Shown here: one piece after another, positions 23,830-37,140 of the stretch | How the letters are laid out: each line of letters starts with the position of its first letter | Numbering within the stretch: position 1 is the first letter of the stretch | From: Chara braunii | Lineage: Eukaryota; Plantae; Charophyceae | NCBI GenBank assembly: GCA_003427395.1 | Contig: BFEA01000001.1 | Span: forward strand, 3,021,721-3,084,521 | Reading direction: 5' to 3' | Length of the DNA: 62,801 nucleotides | Program-made: the position numbers and the translations under genes | The notes under the pieces: generated by a model | What the model was told of the DNA's origin: nothing | The model's database searches: none | The model's input: the letters and a program-made list of their open reading frames with translations, nothing else

Positions 23830-26330
23830 TGTGATAAGGGGTTGAAGAGATACAAATCCTTTCAATTTGAATTATCTGGCCCTTTTTCCCAGGGCAGATA
23901 CGTTGAGGAAAAGGTCGAGGAAAAGGTTGTAGTTAGCCTTTTCCTTGTATGACCTTTAATTTCTAGGCTCCCTTTAAAAATGAGAGTCTGACAATTACCT
24001 CTGGCAATTTCTGTCAGAGGTAGCACCTTGTAAGGACAAGTGCCCTCACAAAAATGCACACAAAAATAAAATAATAATAATAATAATAACAACACTAATT
24101 CTAACTACAAAGCGCCTTGCCCTTATTTCAGCCAGGTGCATGCTGTTGAATTCAACAATCCTCCCCTAACTTCCCTGTGCCCTCTCTTGAAAACGCGGAG
24201 GGCAATTGATAGCTTAGGAGAGGTATGTCCTCCCCCTCCCAACCTTTTCGTTTCCCTTTTTCTCCCCCAACTTCCTTCCAACCACGTGCACGTCATGAGC
24301 CACCGGATCTAAGATACCTCGGCCACGAATATTCGGGTCAACTGCAGTGGGAGCCAATTTTGCTCCTACATAGCCAAATTGGTTGTATCTCAACTGTGAG
24401 GCATAGTTGCCTCGTTTTTTTCTTCTTTTTTGTACTTTTCCCCCCCAACTGCAACGCTGCAACTCGCTGCAGCCTTTTCCCCTCACCGTTTCCCACTCTC
24501 AACGCCATAAAACGGTCACGAGACAGGTAGAAACAACAGAAAAAAGAAGAAAAAAAAAAAAAAAAAAAAAAACAACAACTTACCTCTATTGTTGTGTGTT
24601 GGTGCACCCCAAACCGTTGAAATGCAGATCCAAGTTCGAGCCCAACGACAATGAGATAGCATTCCCATCTCCTCAAGGAACACACCAACGTGGGGGAAAT
24701 GAATCCCCCACCAGAACATGGAAAGATACACCGCCATGATTTTTGTCTTTTGCAAATGGGGAGTAGGTGATGTGGTGCCCCTTGCTCTGGCAACGACGCC
24801 TACTCTCCTTACCAAAACAATAGGGAGAGGGGGAAAAAAAAAAAAAAAAAAAAAAAAAAACCAATTTTTTTTTATCAAAAAGTGACAAAAACAACTAAAG
24901 CCCTGAAAACGGGCATCCCTTCGTTTCTTCCACATGGACTTGTAAGTCGTTGTACTTTTGTACTCACCACATGACGCTCTGGTATTTCCCCCCACTTTTT
25001 TTTTATTTTTTCCCGTCCGTTGACCGATGCCAACGACACATTGGAGCACCATGCGCCCTTAGGCACTCTCCCCCAAACTGTTAACCTGCAGATCCGAGTT
25101 CGATTCCCATCGGAAACCGAACAAAAAATTTAAAATTTTGAACCATTTCCCGATTTATGCGTAACATCCTTCCACAGGGGCCCTAATCCCGACGCGGTTG
25201 ATCTCAGCCGCGCGATCTGAATGATCGCGCGACCGAGATCGGCCGCGCATCGGTGCCGCTTCATCCCAAGCTGCTCCAAAAAGCAGGAGCTAGCCCAAAT
25301 AGCACAATTTTGTATTCGATCCCAATATTTGCCGGGTGAAAGTCTGAGACCTTTACCTACTGGGCTAGCTCCTGTTTCATGTTAAATAGGAGCAACTCTT
25401 CAATATGAAGAGCCTTGTCAGATACCTAAATTGCTGTCTTGCAAACTCTGCATACTCTTGCCACTCAAAAGGTCAGTCGTCGATCCTCGGACCGGATGCG
25501 TGCCCATCCTTATAGGGTAGAATGCAGGCCCTTTACCACCAAGGCAAAAACTCAAACCCCCAACGTGGAAAATTTTATGGCCCTAAAAAAAAAAAAAATT
25601 GTCAATCTACGTTTTCTATGCTGCGACCGCACACATTGACACGGTCACTTTTTAAAGTCACTTAGACCCTAAATCGCACGGCTGTTGTTTTTTTAAGCAT
25701 AATAAATTGAGATTTTGTATTCCAACGGTCGCACATCCCCGCATTCGTGCCAAACATGACCCGTGACTAACCATACCGCCGGCCCTCACCGTCCCTCTCG
25801 CAGGCCGCAGGCGTCTGAACTTAGGTAGGAACATTTTAGTCTCTCGGCCGTATGTCATGTCTGATTAGACTTTGGCAGATACCCCAACCTCATCAAGTCA
25901 GGTCATTCAAACGAAATCTTATCATCAGTCGGACAATGCCCGACATTGAAAATCCTGGGCAAATACCCTTGTTAGGGTTTCTGCCCCGACAGCGGAACCA
26001 GAGTAGGGGGCGGGCAATGATGCATGTCTGATTAACAATCCCCTGCACCTTGTCCCTCCGACTTCAGAAGTCCCCATCTTCGCAGAAGATGAAACTGATC
26101 CCCGCACCTGGCTGGCCGCTCTAAAAGCTCAAGGATAGTTTGACCAGTTGCTTTAGGAGCGCATTCCTGACGATTGGCAGGTACTACGTTTGAGTGGTAC
26201 TGACATAATCTCTATACGAATTGGCAGAGCTCCCAAAAGAGTTTCCTTGAACGCTTCGATCACATAGCGCCCGGCCAATGCCTGCACTTGATCAAAGAAT
26301 ATACACAGCAGCCCTGCGAGGCCCTTGCCC

Positions 26331-27994
26331 CTGAGTAGTTGGAAGTTATTTCAACGTGGGTCCTGCGTTGAACCTTTCAACGCGTGTTGAAAGCACGTGG
26401 AAACTGCGTTGAACCCCCTGTTTATTGCGGTTCACCTCGACCCGAGAGATGTTTTCCACAGGCAAAAAATGAGCAAAAAAAAAAACAAAAAATATAGGGT
26501 TGTAGATCTTTTCAATAGCTACAACCCGCTATTTTTTATTTTATTTTTTTAACATTCATTATAATTTGTAAACATCGAAAACCATACAAAGAAAAAAAAA
26601 CAAAAAAGATGAAATGAGTGGGTTTTATGTTTTTTTCACAGAGTTTTTTTTTGCGGGCAAAAAAAAAACAAAAAAAACTGTGTTGCACAGTGTACACGAA
26701 CACGGCCCGCGCACACATGCGTACACGTATGTACGTGTGAGCGTACGTACCGCGTACATGTGTGCGCATACGTACCGCGTACGTGTACACACGTACGTCA
26801 AAAAGAGCCCTGCGACGCCTGCGTACGTGGCCGCGGGGGTCCTTTTCCGGGCCGTTTTGTGGCCTTCTCGGGGTCGGGGGTTACAGTGGGGCGTGGGTGG
26901 GTGCAGCACAAGCCGGGCTGCAAGGCGGGGCGGGGGGAAGACGGGTCCGATGCGAATTTCAAATTCGTGGCGGGACAGTCTACCCCCCGCCCTGCCTTGC
27001 AGCCCAACCCTGCTGTCTCCCCCAACGCCACGCACTGTGTCGTTCGCAATCCCACTTGTCGAGGTTGTTGTCGCCACGGAGGGGTCGCCCCCTGCCTCTA
27101 TGGTCTGTGTGTGTCTGTCTATGTCTGCAAGGACCTGTCACATGTACCCGTCTCTCTGTCACTCTGTCACCCTGTCCGTGTGCCACGTCACTCCGTCACC
27201 CTGTCCATATTTGTGTTTGTCGGTCTGTCCATCTGTGTGTAGGCAGCTGTCTGTCGGTCTGTTTGTCACTTTTTTAGGCAGCTGTCTGTCGATCTATCCT
27301 TCTGCCTGTTTCTCTTTCTGTTCGTCTATCTGTTTGTCTGTCATGTCTGACTGCCTGTCTGTCACTCACTCTGTGAAGCAGTCTGTATGTGACAGTCAAG
27401 CTGTCTGACAGACAGACTGTGTGTGTGTGGCATTGTGTGTGTTTCCGTCACTTCTGTGTAATACTGTGTATGTGTGTGTGTAAAAGTCTGAAGACTCAGA
27501 AAGACTGTATACATGTGTTCCGCCTCCTGAAGGAAGGGCCCGACACAACAGATATATGTTTTTGAAAGAGAAAAAAAACACGTACGCGTACGCGGGTTTT
27601 TGTTACGTATGCGTACGCAGGTTTTTGTCACGTACACATACGCGGGTTTTTGTCACGTACGCGTAGGCGAGAATGCGTACGCGTATGCACCGCGTACGCT
27701 TACAGGATGCAACACAGAACAAAACAAATAAAAAATATAGGGTTGTAGATCTTTCGCAAAGCTACAACCCCATGTTTTTAATTGTTTTGTTTTCAACTTT
27801 ATATGTATTTGAAAAAAAAAAAAGCATAAAAACCAAAAGCACACAACAAACAACCTCACACACACACAATCACAGACACACTCACACACACACGCACATG
27901 AATACACAGAGACACACACATGGACACATACAGACACACGTACACACACGCACATTAGCGGCATATGCACACACGCACATTAGCGGCATATGCA

Positions 27995-28057
<63 letters not shown>

Positions 28058-29937
28058 TCAAGGGCTTCTTTTTTTCAAAAAAAGTTTTTATATATATATA
28101 TTTTTGGTAATCTATTAATAATTATTAAAATAATAATAATAATAATAAAAAAGCAAAATAATAATAATAGAAAAATATAATAATAAATTATAAATATATA
28201 AATAAACTTAAATTGAACACAACACATATATATAAATTAAAAAATATTGACCAGTAAATAACTACGATAGAAATATAAATAGATATTACCTACCATCAAA
28301 TAGATAGAATACCCATAGTCATTAAAAAAAGCATCCCCGCCGCTATACCCCACTATAGCGTTTGCAAACACGAACCCCTTTCACAGAAATAGAGCATCAT
28401 ACCTCAAATCCTCGCAGCACAAAACAACGAGCCACATACCTATACACCCCTTAAGCAACACCTCACATACCGGTTATGGGATATGCCCCCTTGCGAAACG
28501 AATTCAAAATTAAAACGCGCTCACAACCAAGAAAAAACCCCAAAACGTTTTACAAAAGAGACATGCAGGTTACTTACGAAGCGACGGCCACGCAGCACCA
28601 CACCGAAAGTCACATCCGACAAAGCACAGTACAAACAAGCACGCAACGCAAACAGACAAACCACGACACTCCCTGCCTCCTCCATAGCCAAACCATCTCC
28701 AAAAATGACGAACTTGTACACTCCAAGACAAAAACAAACCCAGACGGCCAACGCCACCGCTGCCGTACCCGCCCAAGTTCCCTCGGCACCGCTGGCAGTC
28801 CCAACTCCCCCTCTCCCTAGTTAGGAACCAAGATACACGTACCATCAGTGCGCCTACCCCATATACGTAAACCCGCAGCCATACCCAACACCCTGCCCAA
28901 AACTAAGTTCTTCCTATATACCCTCCAACCTGAAAAACTTACGCAACCCCCCCTGAATGGAGCCATCTCGACCGCCCCCACCCTATACCACCCTAGCTAC
29001 AGCTAAGCACGGCATATGCTGTATTAAAACACATTATACACACTCTTGGCACGCACGCCTCAGCGCGCAGGAACTGCCTCCGAAAATGCTCGCAGGCAGA
29101 CTGCCTTGCACAATACCACGCACATACGAGAACGCTTGGAAGCCAACCTCCAAGCGCTCCAGTTGCTTCTCTCCTCCCACGCCTTCTTTGCACAAGCAAG
29201 CAACCTCGACTACTGATCCTCCTCCTGAGACTGGTGGGGCACACTGCAGTGCCCGTGACGCTGAGCTTGCTCTGCAGGCCACGTAACATTATGCTTCTGA
29301 GCCACAGCGCGAGCTATGGCGGCGACTGATCTTCCAGCAACACCAACCATGACCCCTCAGGTATGGAAATGTAACCCCTTCTTCCACCTACAAACCCCTG
29401 ACTACCCTCATCTCCCCAACCCCTATACTAACAGGAGCCTTAACATAACTAATCCCTCTGATGAGCTGCTATGGGTGCTAGGCGGCGAAAAACGCGCTTA
29501 AGGGCGTGCACCCCCCCTACGGCTGGGCTTTGCCCTTTCCTAATTGCTAACACTCTAACATTAACTACGTAACCCTAGATCCTACAATACCTCAGACCCC
29601 CACCTTAACTAGCTGTCCACCCTTGCAACATACCTCATCCATAGCTGGATTGCTATCTAACACTCTTCTAACGGGCTATCTTGAGTTAGGTCCTGTTTCC
29701 CACATTCCGTGGGATAGCTGTGTTACATACACAAACACCTCCCCCCCCCCACCCACCACACACACACANNCCATGGAGAGTCTGAGTTGTTCCTCACCTG
29801 GCCGAGGGAGTCTGTGATTAATCTATTGCCAAACAAGGGTTGTCTGATTATCTCCTCCCATCTGTCCGGCGCAGGGCGGTCGGGGCATGGGAGCCTCCTC
29901 CACGCTGTCTCTTATACACATCTAGATGTGTATAAGA

Positions 29938-29990
<53 letters not shown>

Positions 29991-30268
29991 TGTGTACACA
30001 CAATTGGGTGCAGCAGGGGTTTGCAGGGGATGTTTGGGGGGCTGGGGGGATGTATATGGGGGGGTGGGGGGGTGACATTTTTTTTTTATAGTTTAATCGC
30101 ACGAGGGTGCTTCATGCACCCGAGCCCACGTGGACCTTGTCTGTCAAAAACAAAATGTCGGGAGGGCCCCCGTTTCTTATTCAACGGGAATTCAATGGGG
30201 TTGTGGGGGAATTAAACGGCTTTCAGCGGCCGTTTAATTCCTCAGCCCGCGTTGAACATGTTACTCAG
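26331..30268. mobile_element. Unclassified DNA-transposon-like insertion, 3938 bp as assembled
   Basis: 8-bp TSD CCTTG(C/T)CC (26323-26330, 30269-30276); TIR CTGAGTA/TACTCAG plus subterminal inverted TTCAACG(T/C)GGG; removal restores the gag frame. Confidence 0.8.
29771..29942. other. Mate-pair chimera: 134-bp LINE piece plus full 38-bp Nextera junction adaptor (29905-29942)
   Basis: CTGTCTCTTATACACATCT+AGATGTGTATAAGAGACAG; the preceding sequence is near-identical to 42760-42893; preceded by NN and flanked by (CA)n. Confidence 0.96.
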
Positions 30269-33200
30269 CCTTGTCCGTTATGCAAAGAGACTTACTTGCC
30301 TGGCCGAACACTTCGGAGTTGACGAAGAGATGTTGCGGATGGACTTCATCCGAGGTCTGGCCGACTATCAATTTCGAAAAAGAATCCGTAACAAGTGTAA
30401 CCCGATTGAACATACTCTGCGGGAATTAATTCAATACGTCATCAAATACGGAAAGGAGAATTATGACGTGTTTGCATTGGTTCATGATCAAATTTATGTG
30501 AAATATTCAGATTTCGAGTTTGATTGCGACGACCCTTTGGGTGTCCGTCGCCCTAGTTACGCAGCCACGACTAAAATGTTCGAAGACTGTTTCAGACTAG
30601 GACCGGCAAGGAAGGTCTCGGACAGTAAGGCACCTTCTTCTTCAAACGCCTTAACCCGGGGAGTGGAAACTCCGAAGCGAAAGAAATCAAGATGAAGGAA
30701 GTTGCAGCGCAGCTCGTAACTGTCGTTGCGCCATTGGCCGAGTTCGTCCAGGGACTGCAGAGGTAGGGAGCGACTGCTGCGGCTCAAGGACAGCAGGCAG
30801 CTATGGCGGCCGGAACTGTTGTGACAAGGCCGGCCCTAGCAGCTACAACCACTCAGCCCATGCCGTGCTATAACTGTAATCAGCTGAGCCACCTTGTTAA
30901 AGATTTTCTGAAGCCCCGGACTCAATTAAGACAAGTCGGGGCCTCCCATATCCCTTTTGCGGCACCAAGTGTCACCGGTCAAGGAAGGGTGGTTGCCGTC
31001 CTCGATACCGGGAGAACAGAGGTGGTGGCTCCGACGGCCGCAGAAATGGGGTCCGACGAATATATGGCTGTGGCCATGCTTGAACCCAGAACCATTGGGG
31101 TGATACGCCACATCGAACGGATTACTGAGGAAAGTGACTTCGCACCATGAAGGTCAGGGTTCGAGGACCACACGTTGCCGGGGCCTGAGTACAAAGACGA
31201 CCAGATTGACGTCTTGGACGCGATGAAGGCTCTGGACCTTTGGATCCCCGTGCCTATCCCTTATTTACTAACGATTTCGGAGGCGGCTAATGAGAAGCTG
31301 ATTGAGCGATGCCTAAAGAAGAGAGAGGTTACAGGCAGAGCATATAGGCAGAGGTTACGACGGGCATAGCGCCCGGTATCTGATCCGACATTTTGAGGCA
31401 GACATTGATGGGACATTCGGCAAGGGACTATTTTGGACTTCTCTATCACGATCTTGGTCTTCTCCCTCGCCTCCTTCTTTGTCTCGCCTCTCCCCCCATG
31501 TCTTGTCCGTGGTTTCTCCCCCATGTATGCAGGTTCCTCCTCCTAATCAGGTTAGGACTTATCTTTAAGTCTTCCACTGCGCTACTTTGTGCCATTTTGT
31601 ATGTATCGGGATGTACATTGCTTGTTGATGTTTCACTGACATTGCAAAGTCCATTCAGTCCTTTTCATCACATTGCGGATCCTTGGCTCCATTTACATTG
31701 CCCAACGGGGCATGTAACAGAGACAGAGGGTGTTTTTGTTATTAAAAAAACGGAAAAAAAGGGCTTGGTCCTACAACAGAGGATTGCCGCGAAGTAACAC
31801 ATCTGCGGATCACCTTGATGTTTGTCACTTGTGGGGAGAACTGTGGTACGCGATGTCACAGTGGCAATATTCTCGCTCCTTTTTTTTTTATAACATCAGT
31901 TGACAGTCCACTACCATGGCGGCCTGCAGATGACCCCGGTCTATTCGTGGGGAGCAGCATGTGCAGGAAAGCAGGTTCAGCATCCCAGGATGCCAGTGAG
32001 AACCATAATTTAGGGAGAGCAGGACAGGAATGATTATTCTGGGAGAGCCAGGGGATTGATTTTATGTTCTCTCTTTTCTGAAATCCTGGTCCTAGCCCTA
32101 TCATTATCCAGCTCAATCTTCCCACAGCTTCCCCTGTCCCTGTTCCAGAGAAGACTTGTAGCTGGAAAGTTTGTCCTTTGTATTGTTGTCAAAGTTGTCC
32201 CAGCTGTCAAAGTTGACACCTTTGCTAGCTGCCATTGCATTGTCCACTTCAGCTGAAAGCAAACAACAGTGGCCATCCAATTTAGCATGTGGTTCTGGGC
32301 CTCGCCACACCGCACAGCACTCAGCAAACGTTTTTGGTGAGTGGTGTGTCTTCGCACCACTCATCAACACTTTAGGTAAACACTTCAGGTGTGAGACTTT
32401 TCTTCAAGACTCGTAGAAACTGGGTCTGGTGAGTGCTTGCAAAAGCCACTGTTCTCCCGGCCTGCATTTTTGGCTTTTGGTAGGTTGAGACTGGTCTAGA
32501 CCGGCGGGCTGGACCTGTTTGTTATTCAGTGTTTACCAATTTGGTATTTGAGCAGCAGACATTGATTGGGGAGATGAGAACTCAAAATAGCAATGTCGGC
32601 CGAGGTTTAATATCGCAGCATAACCAACATTGCTAGCAGTGTGGTAGCATTAACGCACATCCCTTCTCCTCATGCCACCCAGTCTGCGTATGAGAATGTC
32701 CACCCTCACTATTTATCCAAAAATACTATCCGTCGATTCCTTGAAAACACCGTAGCCCGTGTGTATGGAATCAAGAAAAATGTTGCCTAATCCATGGTCC
32801 CCGTGGTGCCTCGGATTTTTGCGTATTTCTCCAGGAAACTAACATGAAAAATAAAAATATGACACCGTTTCACCAAGTTCACGCAACAGTACAGAACCCA
32901 GGGCTCAATACCTAGACCTACCCATACCCCCTGCACATCTACCCGTTGACCCTGTGTGCCTCAAACCCGCGACCTGTCCCTAAAGTCATAGGTCGTGGTT
33001 CTGCACATTAATTGGGTCATGGGGACTTGAACCATAGACTATAGGAGTAGTCTTAGTGTCAGTCCGGAAGGTTAGTCCTACGTACAACGACGGGCCAGTA
33101 TACGTTAGCCTAGGAGGTGCTAGAAGCGTCAACTTGACCATTCGAGACTGTGGAAGTCAGTCGGCCAGTCTACCTAGTCCAGTCAGCAGTTCCCAGTCCC

Positions 33201-34011
33201 AATCCACCTTGTCCAGTCAGCAAGTACCAGGTGGGGCTGCACATGTTTGGGCCTGGGACCGGTGGCAGGCCAGACCACCAGCAAAACAGTATAAATAAAG
33301 AGGCAGCGCTCACCGCTCGGTCATGGATTTATTTTGCCTGCGAGCCATACGGAAGCGCTGCTGGTGCGACTTGTGCACGGAGGTCTGCAGGTGCCCGACG
33401 ACGAAGAGGGCAGAGGTGGATGATGACGGCCATAGCCACCTGGAGGAGGAAGACGGCGGCAGCCATACCCGCTTGACATGAGTAGTGTGTAGCAAGTTGC
33501 GTGCAAGGGTGTGTGGACATTCACGGTAGATCCTAGTGCGTGCGTGCATGTGTGTGAACGAGTGAGGGTGTGCCTGACGCAGTGTTCAGTTGGGAATTCA
33601 TACAGCGTTCAGCAGCCATAGCCGCTAAATGTAACAAGTTGACTAAAGCTGTGTTCCTGGCCGAAGGGCCATATCTCTGAGTTTTCGGTGTGGGTGCTAG
33701 ACGCCATCTCAAGTTTGTTGTCTATCTTCGTATTCCAGAGGTTGTTTGCCATCGGCATCTACATGTATGCATTTTGGGAGTGACGTTGAGACAAGTCTGA
33801 TTGCACTGGTATCGGTGCGGTCCCCGTTGTCCACGCCATCGAACCAGTCGTGGTGATGAAGAAAAGACCGTCGGCGAGGAGTAGATGAAGAGAGAGAGAG
33901 AGAGAAGGACACACGTAAGGAGGAAGAAGATAGTCTGCCATAGCGGACGGCGGCCATAGCCGCCAAGCTCGGAGGAAAGAGAGGAAGACAAGTTGGACGA
34001 AGGCGTAGACG

Positions 34012-34014
<3 letters not shown>

Positions 34015-34101
<87 letters not shown>

Positions 34102-34102
34102 N

Positions 34103-34158
<56 letters not shown>
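34015..34158. repeat. (GA)n microsatellite containing an N (probable contig join)
   Basis: Read directly. Confidence 0.95.
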
Positions 34159-34160
<2 letters not shown>

Positions 34161-36950
34161 AAGGAACTTGAGGAACTCAAGAAACAACTACAAGAACTAA
34201 CTGAAAGAGGATGGATTCGGCTCAACTCATCTCCTTATGGTGCTCCTGTCTTATTCGTGCCCAAAAAGGAAGGTGAACTTAGACTATGTATTGATTATTG
34301 TGGGTTGAGTGTCGTCACCGTCACCGTCACCGTAGAACCACTTCCACCCGTTGACGGCTTGTTGGACCAATTGCAGGGATGCAGGTACTTTAGTAAGATT
34401 GATCTCAAGTCAGGGTACCACCAGATCGAGATGACTCCCGATGATCAACACAAGATATCCTTCCGAATCAGGTATGGTCACTACAAGTTCGTAGTTATGC
34501 CTTTCAAACTGACTAATGCTCCTGCTACCTTCCAAAGGTCTATGAATGAAGTGTTTCGTCAGTGACTGGATCAGTTCGTAGTTGTTTATCTCGACGATAT
34601 CCTCGTGTACAGTATGACACTAAAGGATCACGAGAAGCACCTACAAATGGTTCTACAGAAGTTGCGAGAAGGCAACTTCAAACTGAATCTCAAAAAGTAT
34701 GAGTTTGCAAAGCCTGAAGTATTATACTTATGGCATAGAGTAAACGAAAAAGGACTAAGGCCGAAAGAGAATAAGATGACAACAATTCAGGATTGGTCTC
34801 ATCCTAAGACTGTCATGAAACTGAGGTCTTTTCATGGCTTGCTAGTTATTATAGGAAGTTTGTAAGGAACTTCTTCTTGATAGCTGCTCCTATGAGAAGA
34901 CAACTGAAGAAAGAAAAACCTTGGTTGTGGGACAGTGATTATGAGTCCTCGTTCAAGAAATTGAAACATGTACTGACTCACTATCCTGTCTTAAAGATTG
35001 ATGATTTTTCTCTCTCTTTCATCGTCACGACTGACGCAAGTCTGTATGAAATTGAGGTTGTGCTACAACAAAACGATGGTAAGGGATATAGATAGACCTA
35101 TCGAGTTTATGTCCAGAAGGTTTCCGCCTGAGAAAGTGGCCAACTCCTGTATGCCTTGGTTGCTGCACTGGACACATGGAAACACTACTTGCTAGGGAGA
35201 CACTTCACTGTCTACCCAAACCACTCTACCCTGAAGTGTATAAAGACCCAATCGAGACTCTCTGACAAGTACGTGAGATGGTCCGCTTTCATTAACACAT
35301 TTGACTTTGAATTGAAGACAATCAAAGGAAAGTCCAATATGGTTGTTGATGCTTTGTCCAGGTGTGTCAATTTCTTTAAAACAATTCTCTCCTACCTCGA
35401 TATTGGGAATGAACTGAAAGAGAAGATTTGTGAGGGTTGTGTTGATGACCCGATATAGAATCCTATTATTGGGACCTTGCAAAGAGACCCAAAACTTTTT
35501 CCTGAATGTCGAATGACTAATGATCTACTTTTCTTTATTGATAAGACTAACGAACCCAAAACTCTTTCCTGAATGTCGAATGACTGATGATCTACTTTTC
35601 TTTATTGATAAGACTAACGAAAGATTGTGCATTCCATACAAGGAACCAATTAAGAGTATGATTATTGGGGAATGACACGATGCCGAGGTTACGTGAGGTA
35701 CACTTCGGTTTTAAGAAGATCTTTGCGGATGTAAGGGAACGCTTTGAATGGAAAGGAATGAAGGGAGAAGTGCTAACCTATGTGCGAACTTGTCTTGTTT
35801 GCAAGAGAAATAAACCCTCGCATGAGAATCCCCTGGGACTATTGAGACCGCTACCTATTCCAAGTGAGTCAGGTGAGTCTATCTCCATTAACTTCATGAG
35901 TCTCACTAAGAGCTGGAACGACAACGGTCAGGTAATGGTCATTGTAAATCGATTCTCAAAGTCTGCGATGTTCATTCCTTTGTCAGTTGAAGCCAAGACT
36001 GAACTAGTCATCCAAAAATTTCAGATGCGATAGGTCTCAGAATACGGGTTCCAAAAGACCATCGTTTCTGATAGGGATGTCCGGTTCACTGGACTTCAAT
36101 GGTAGAAGTTGATGGAAGCCTATGACACTAGATTGACTATGTCATCTGGCAAACACCCTGAAACGAATGACCAAACTGAACAAATGAATCGTTTGTGCCA
36201 AGTTCACTTTTGTGCGTGTATGTACGACCCGATCAAGTAGATTGGGATGATAACTTGTTTAAGATTGCTAGTGCATATAACAACAATGTAAATATTGTTA
36301 CAGGAAGAACACCAAATGCACTACACAAAGGTTGGAAGCCTAAGCGTCTCATTGATGCTTTAACCCAGGACCAGATTCAAAGACTACCCTCAAGAACTCA
36401 TGAATTTACAGTTTTATATGAAGAAGATATAAAGAAAGTCAAGGAAAATATACAAAAAAACCAGTTGCAGATGATTGAGCAGGCCAACAAGCATCGTCGA
36501 CCGTCGCAATTTGAAGAAGGTGATTTTGTATGGGTAAAGTCTAAAGAATTTTCCTTGAAAGAGAATGTGTCTCAGAAACTGTTGCTTGTCTATTACGGAC
36601 CCTAAGAAGTTCTCAAGGTGATTGGGGATGTAGATGGACCCTCTCACAAAATTGACATAACCCCACACCTTAAGACCTATCATGTCTTTCACACGTTTAA
36701 ACTGTTGCCATATGTAGAGGGAATTGAGTTTCCTAACAGACCATCTATGTTCCCACCCTCCATGAATGGAGGTTATGAAGTTGAAAAGATTTTGGAAAAG
36801 GTTACTTCTCTACAGGTAGCAGAGGAAGATCGTAGAAGAAATATAAGATCAAGTTCAAGTCTCAACCTCCAGCTGAAGCTAGATGGTTCAGTAAGAAAGA
36901 ACTCCTACCTACTGCTTTTGACATCATTGCAACATATGAACGTGGGTTAA
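34159..36950 (+). pseudogene. pol: Ty3/Gypsy pol remnant: RT, RNase H, integrase, chromodomain-like end; 67-bp tandem duplication at 35488-35621
   Basis: [50 protein letters not shown]; many stops. Confidence 0.92.
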
Positions 36951-37140
36951 AAGAAAGCTAATGTATTTTTGCGATAGAACTTGAAAACTAGGGCGACATG
37001 AATGCAATAACGCACTCGTTATGCCTCATAACCGGTCTAAAGGGTCCCAGGCCCGACGACGGCTTCAAGTCGCAAAAAGAGGTAGGACCCCAAAATTTGG
37101 AATCAGGGGACCTGCGCCAAACAGTGGACTAAAAGTTAAC

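Larger units (their letters stand above)
23830..31369 (+). mobile_element. Truncated LTR retrotransposon (LTR/leader + gag), interrupted by the 26331-30268 insertion
   Basis: Starts TGTGATAAG, CTTATCA at 25918-25924, gag remnants on both sides of the insertion. Confidence 0.65.
26060..31369 (+). pseudogene. gag: gag remnant split by an insertion (26060-26330 joined to 30277-31369)
   Basis: WQSSQKSFLERF...YTQQPCEALA|RYAKRL...FIRGL reads in frame once the insertion is removed; degenerate knuckle CYNCNQLSHLVKDF. Confidence 0.78.

Noticed and set aside
25086-25120. tRNA/SINE B-box (GAGTTCGATTCCC)
   Set aside because: No cloverleaf or A-box found; it is a diverged duplicate of 24610-24650
28957-29730. 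Retrotransposon-borne DNA methyltransferase or Ulp1 domain
   Set aside because: Diagnostic motifs are not found in any consistent frame
33057-33700. Solo LTR (TGTCA start, TATAAATA box)
   Set aside because: No matching end, TSD or second copy in the window
33722-34225. ERER/SLSL/HTHT-rich ORFs here and at 27673-28180, 50360-51257 and 53124-53766
   Set aside because: They are translations of microsatellites and N gaps
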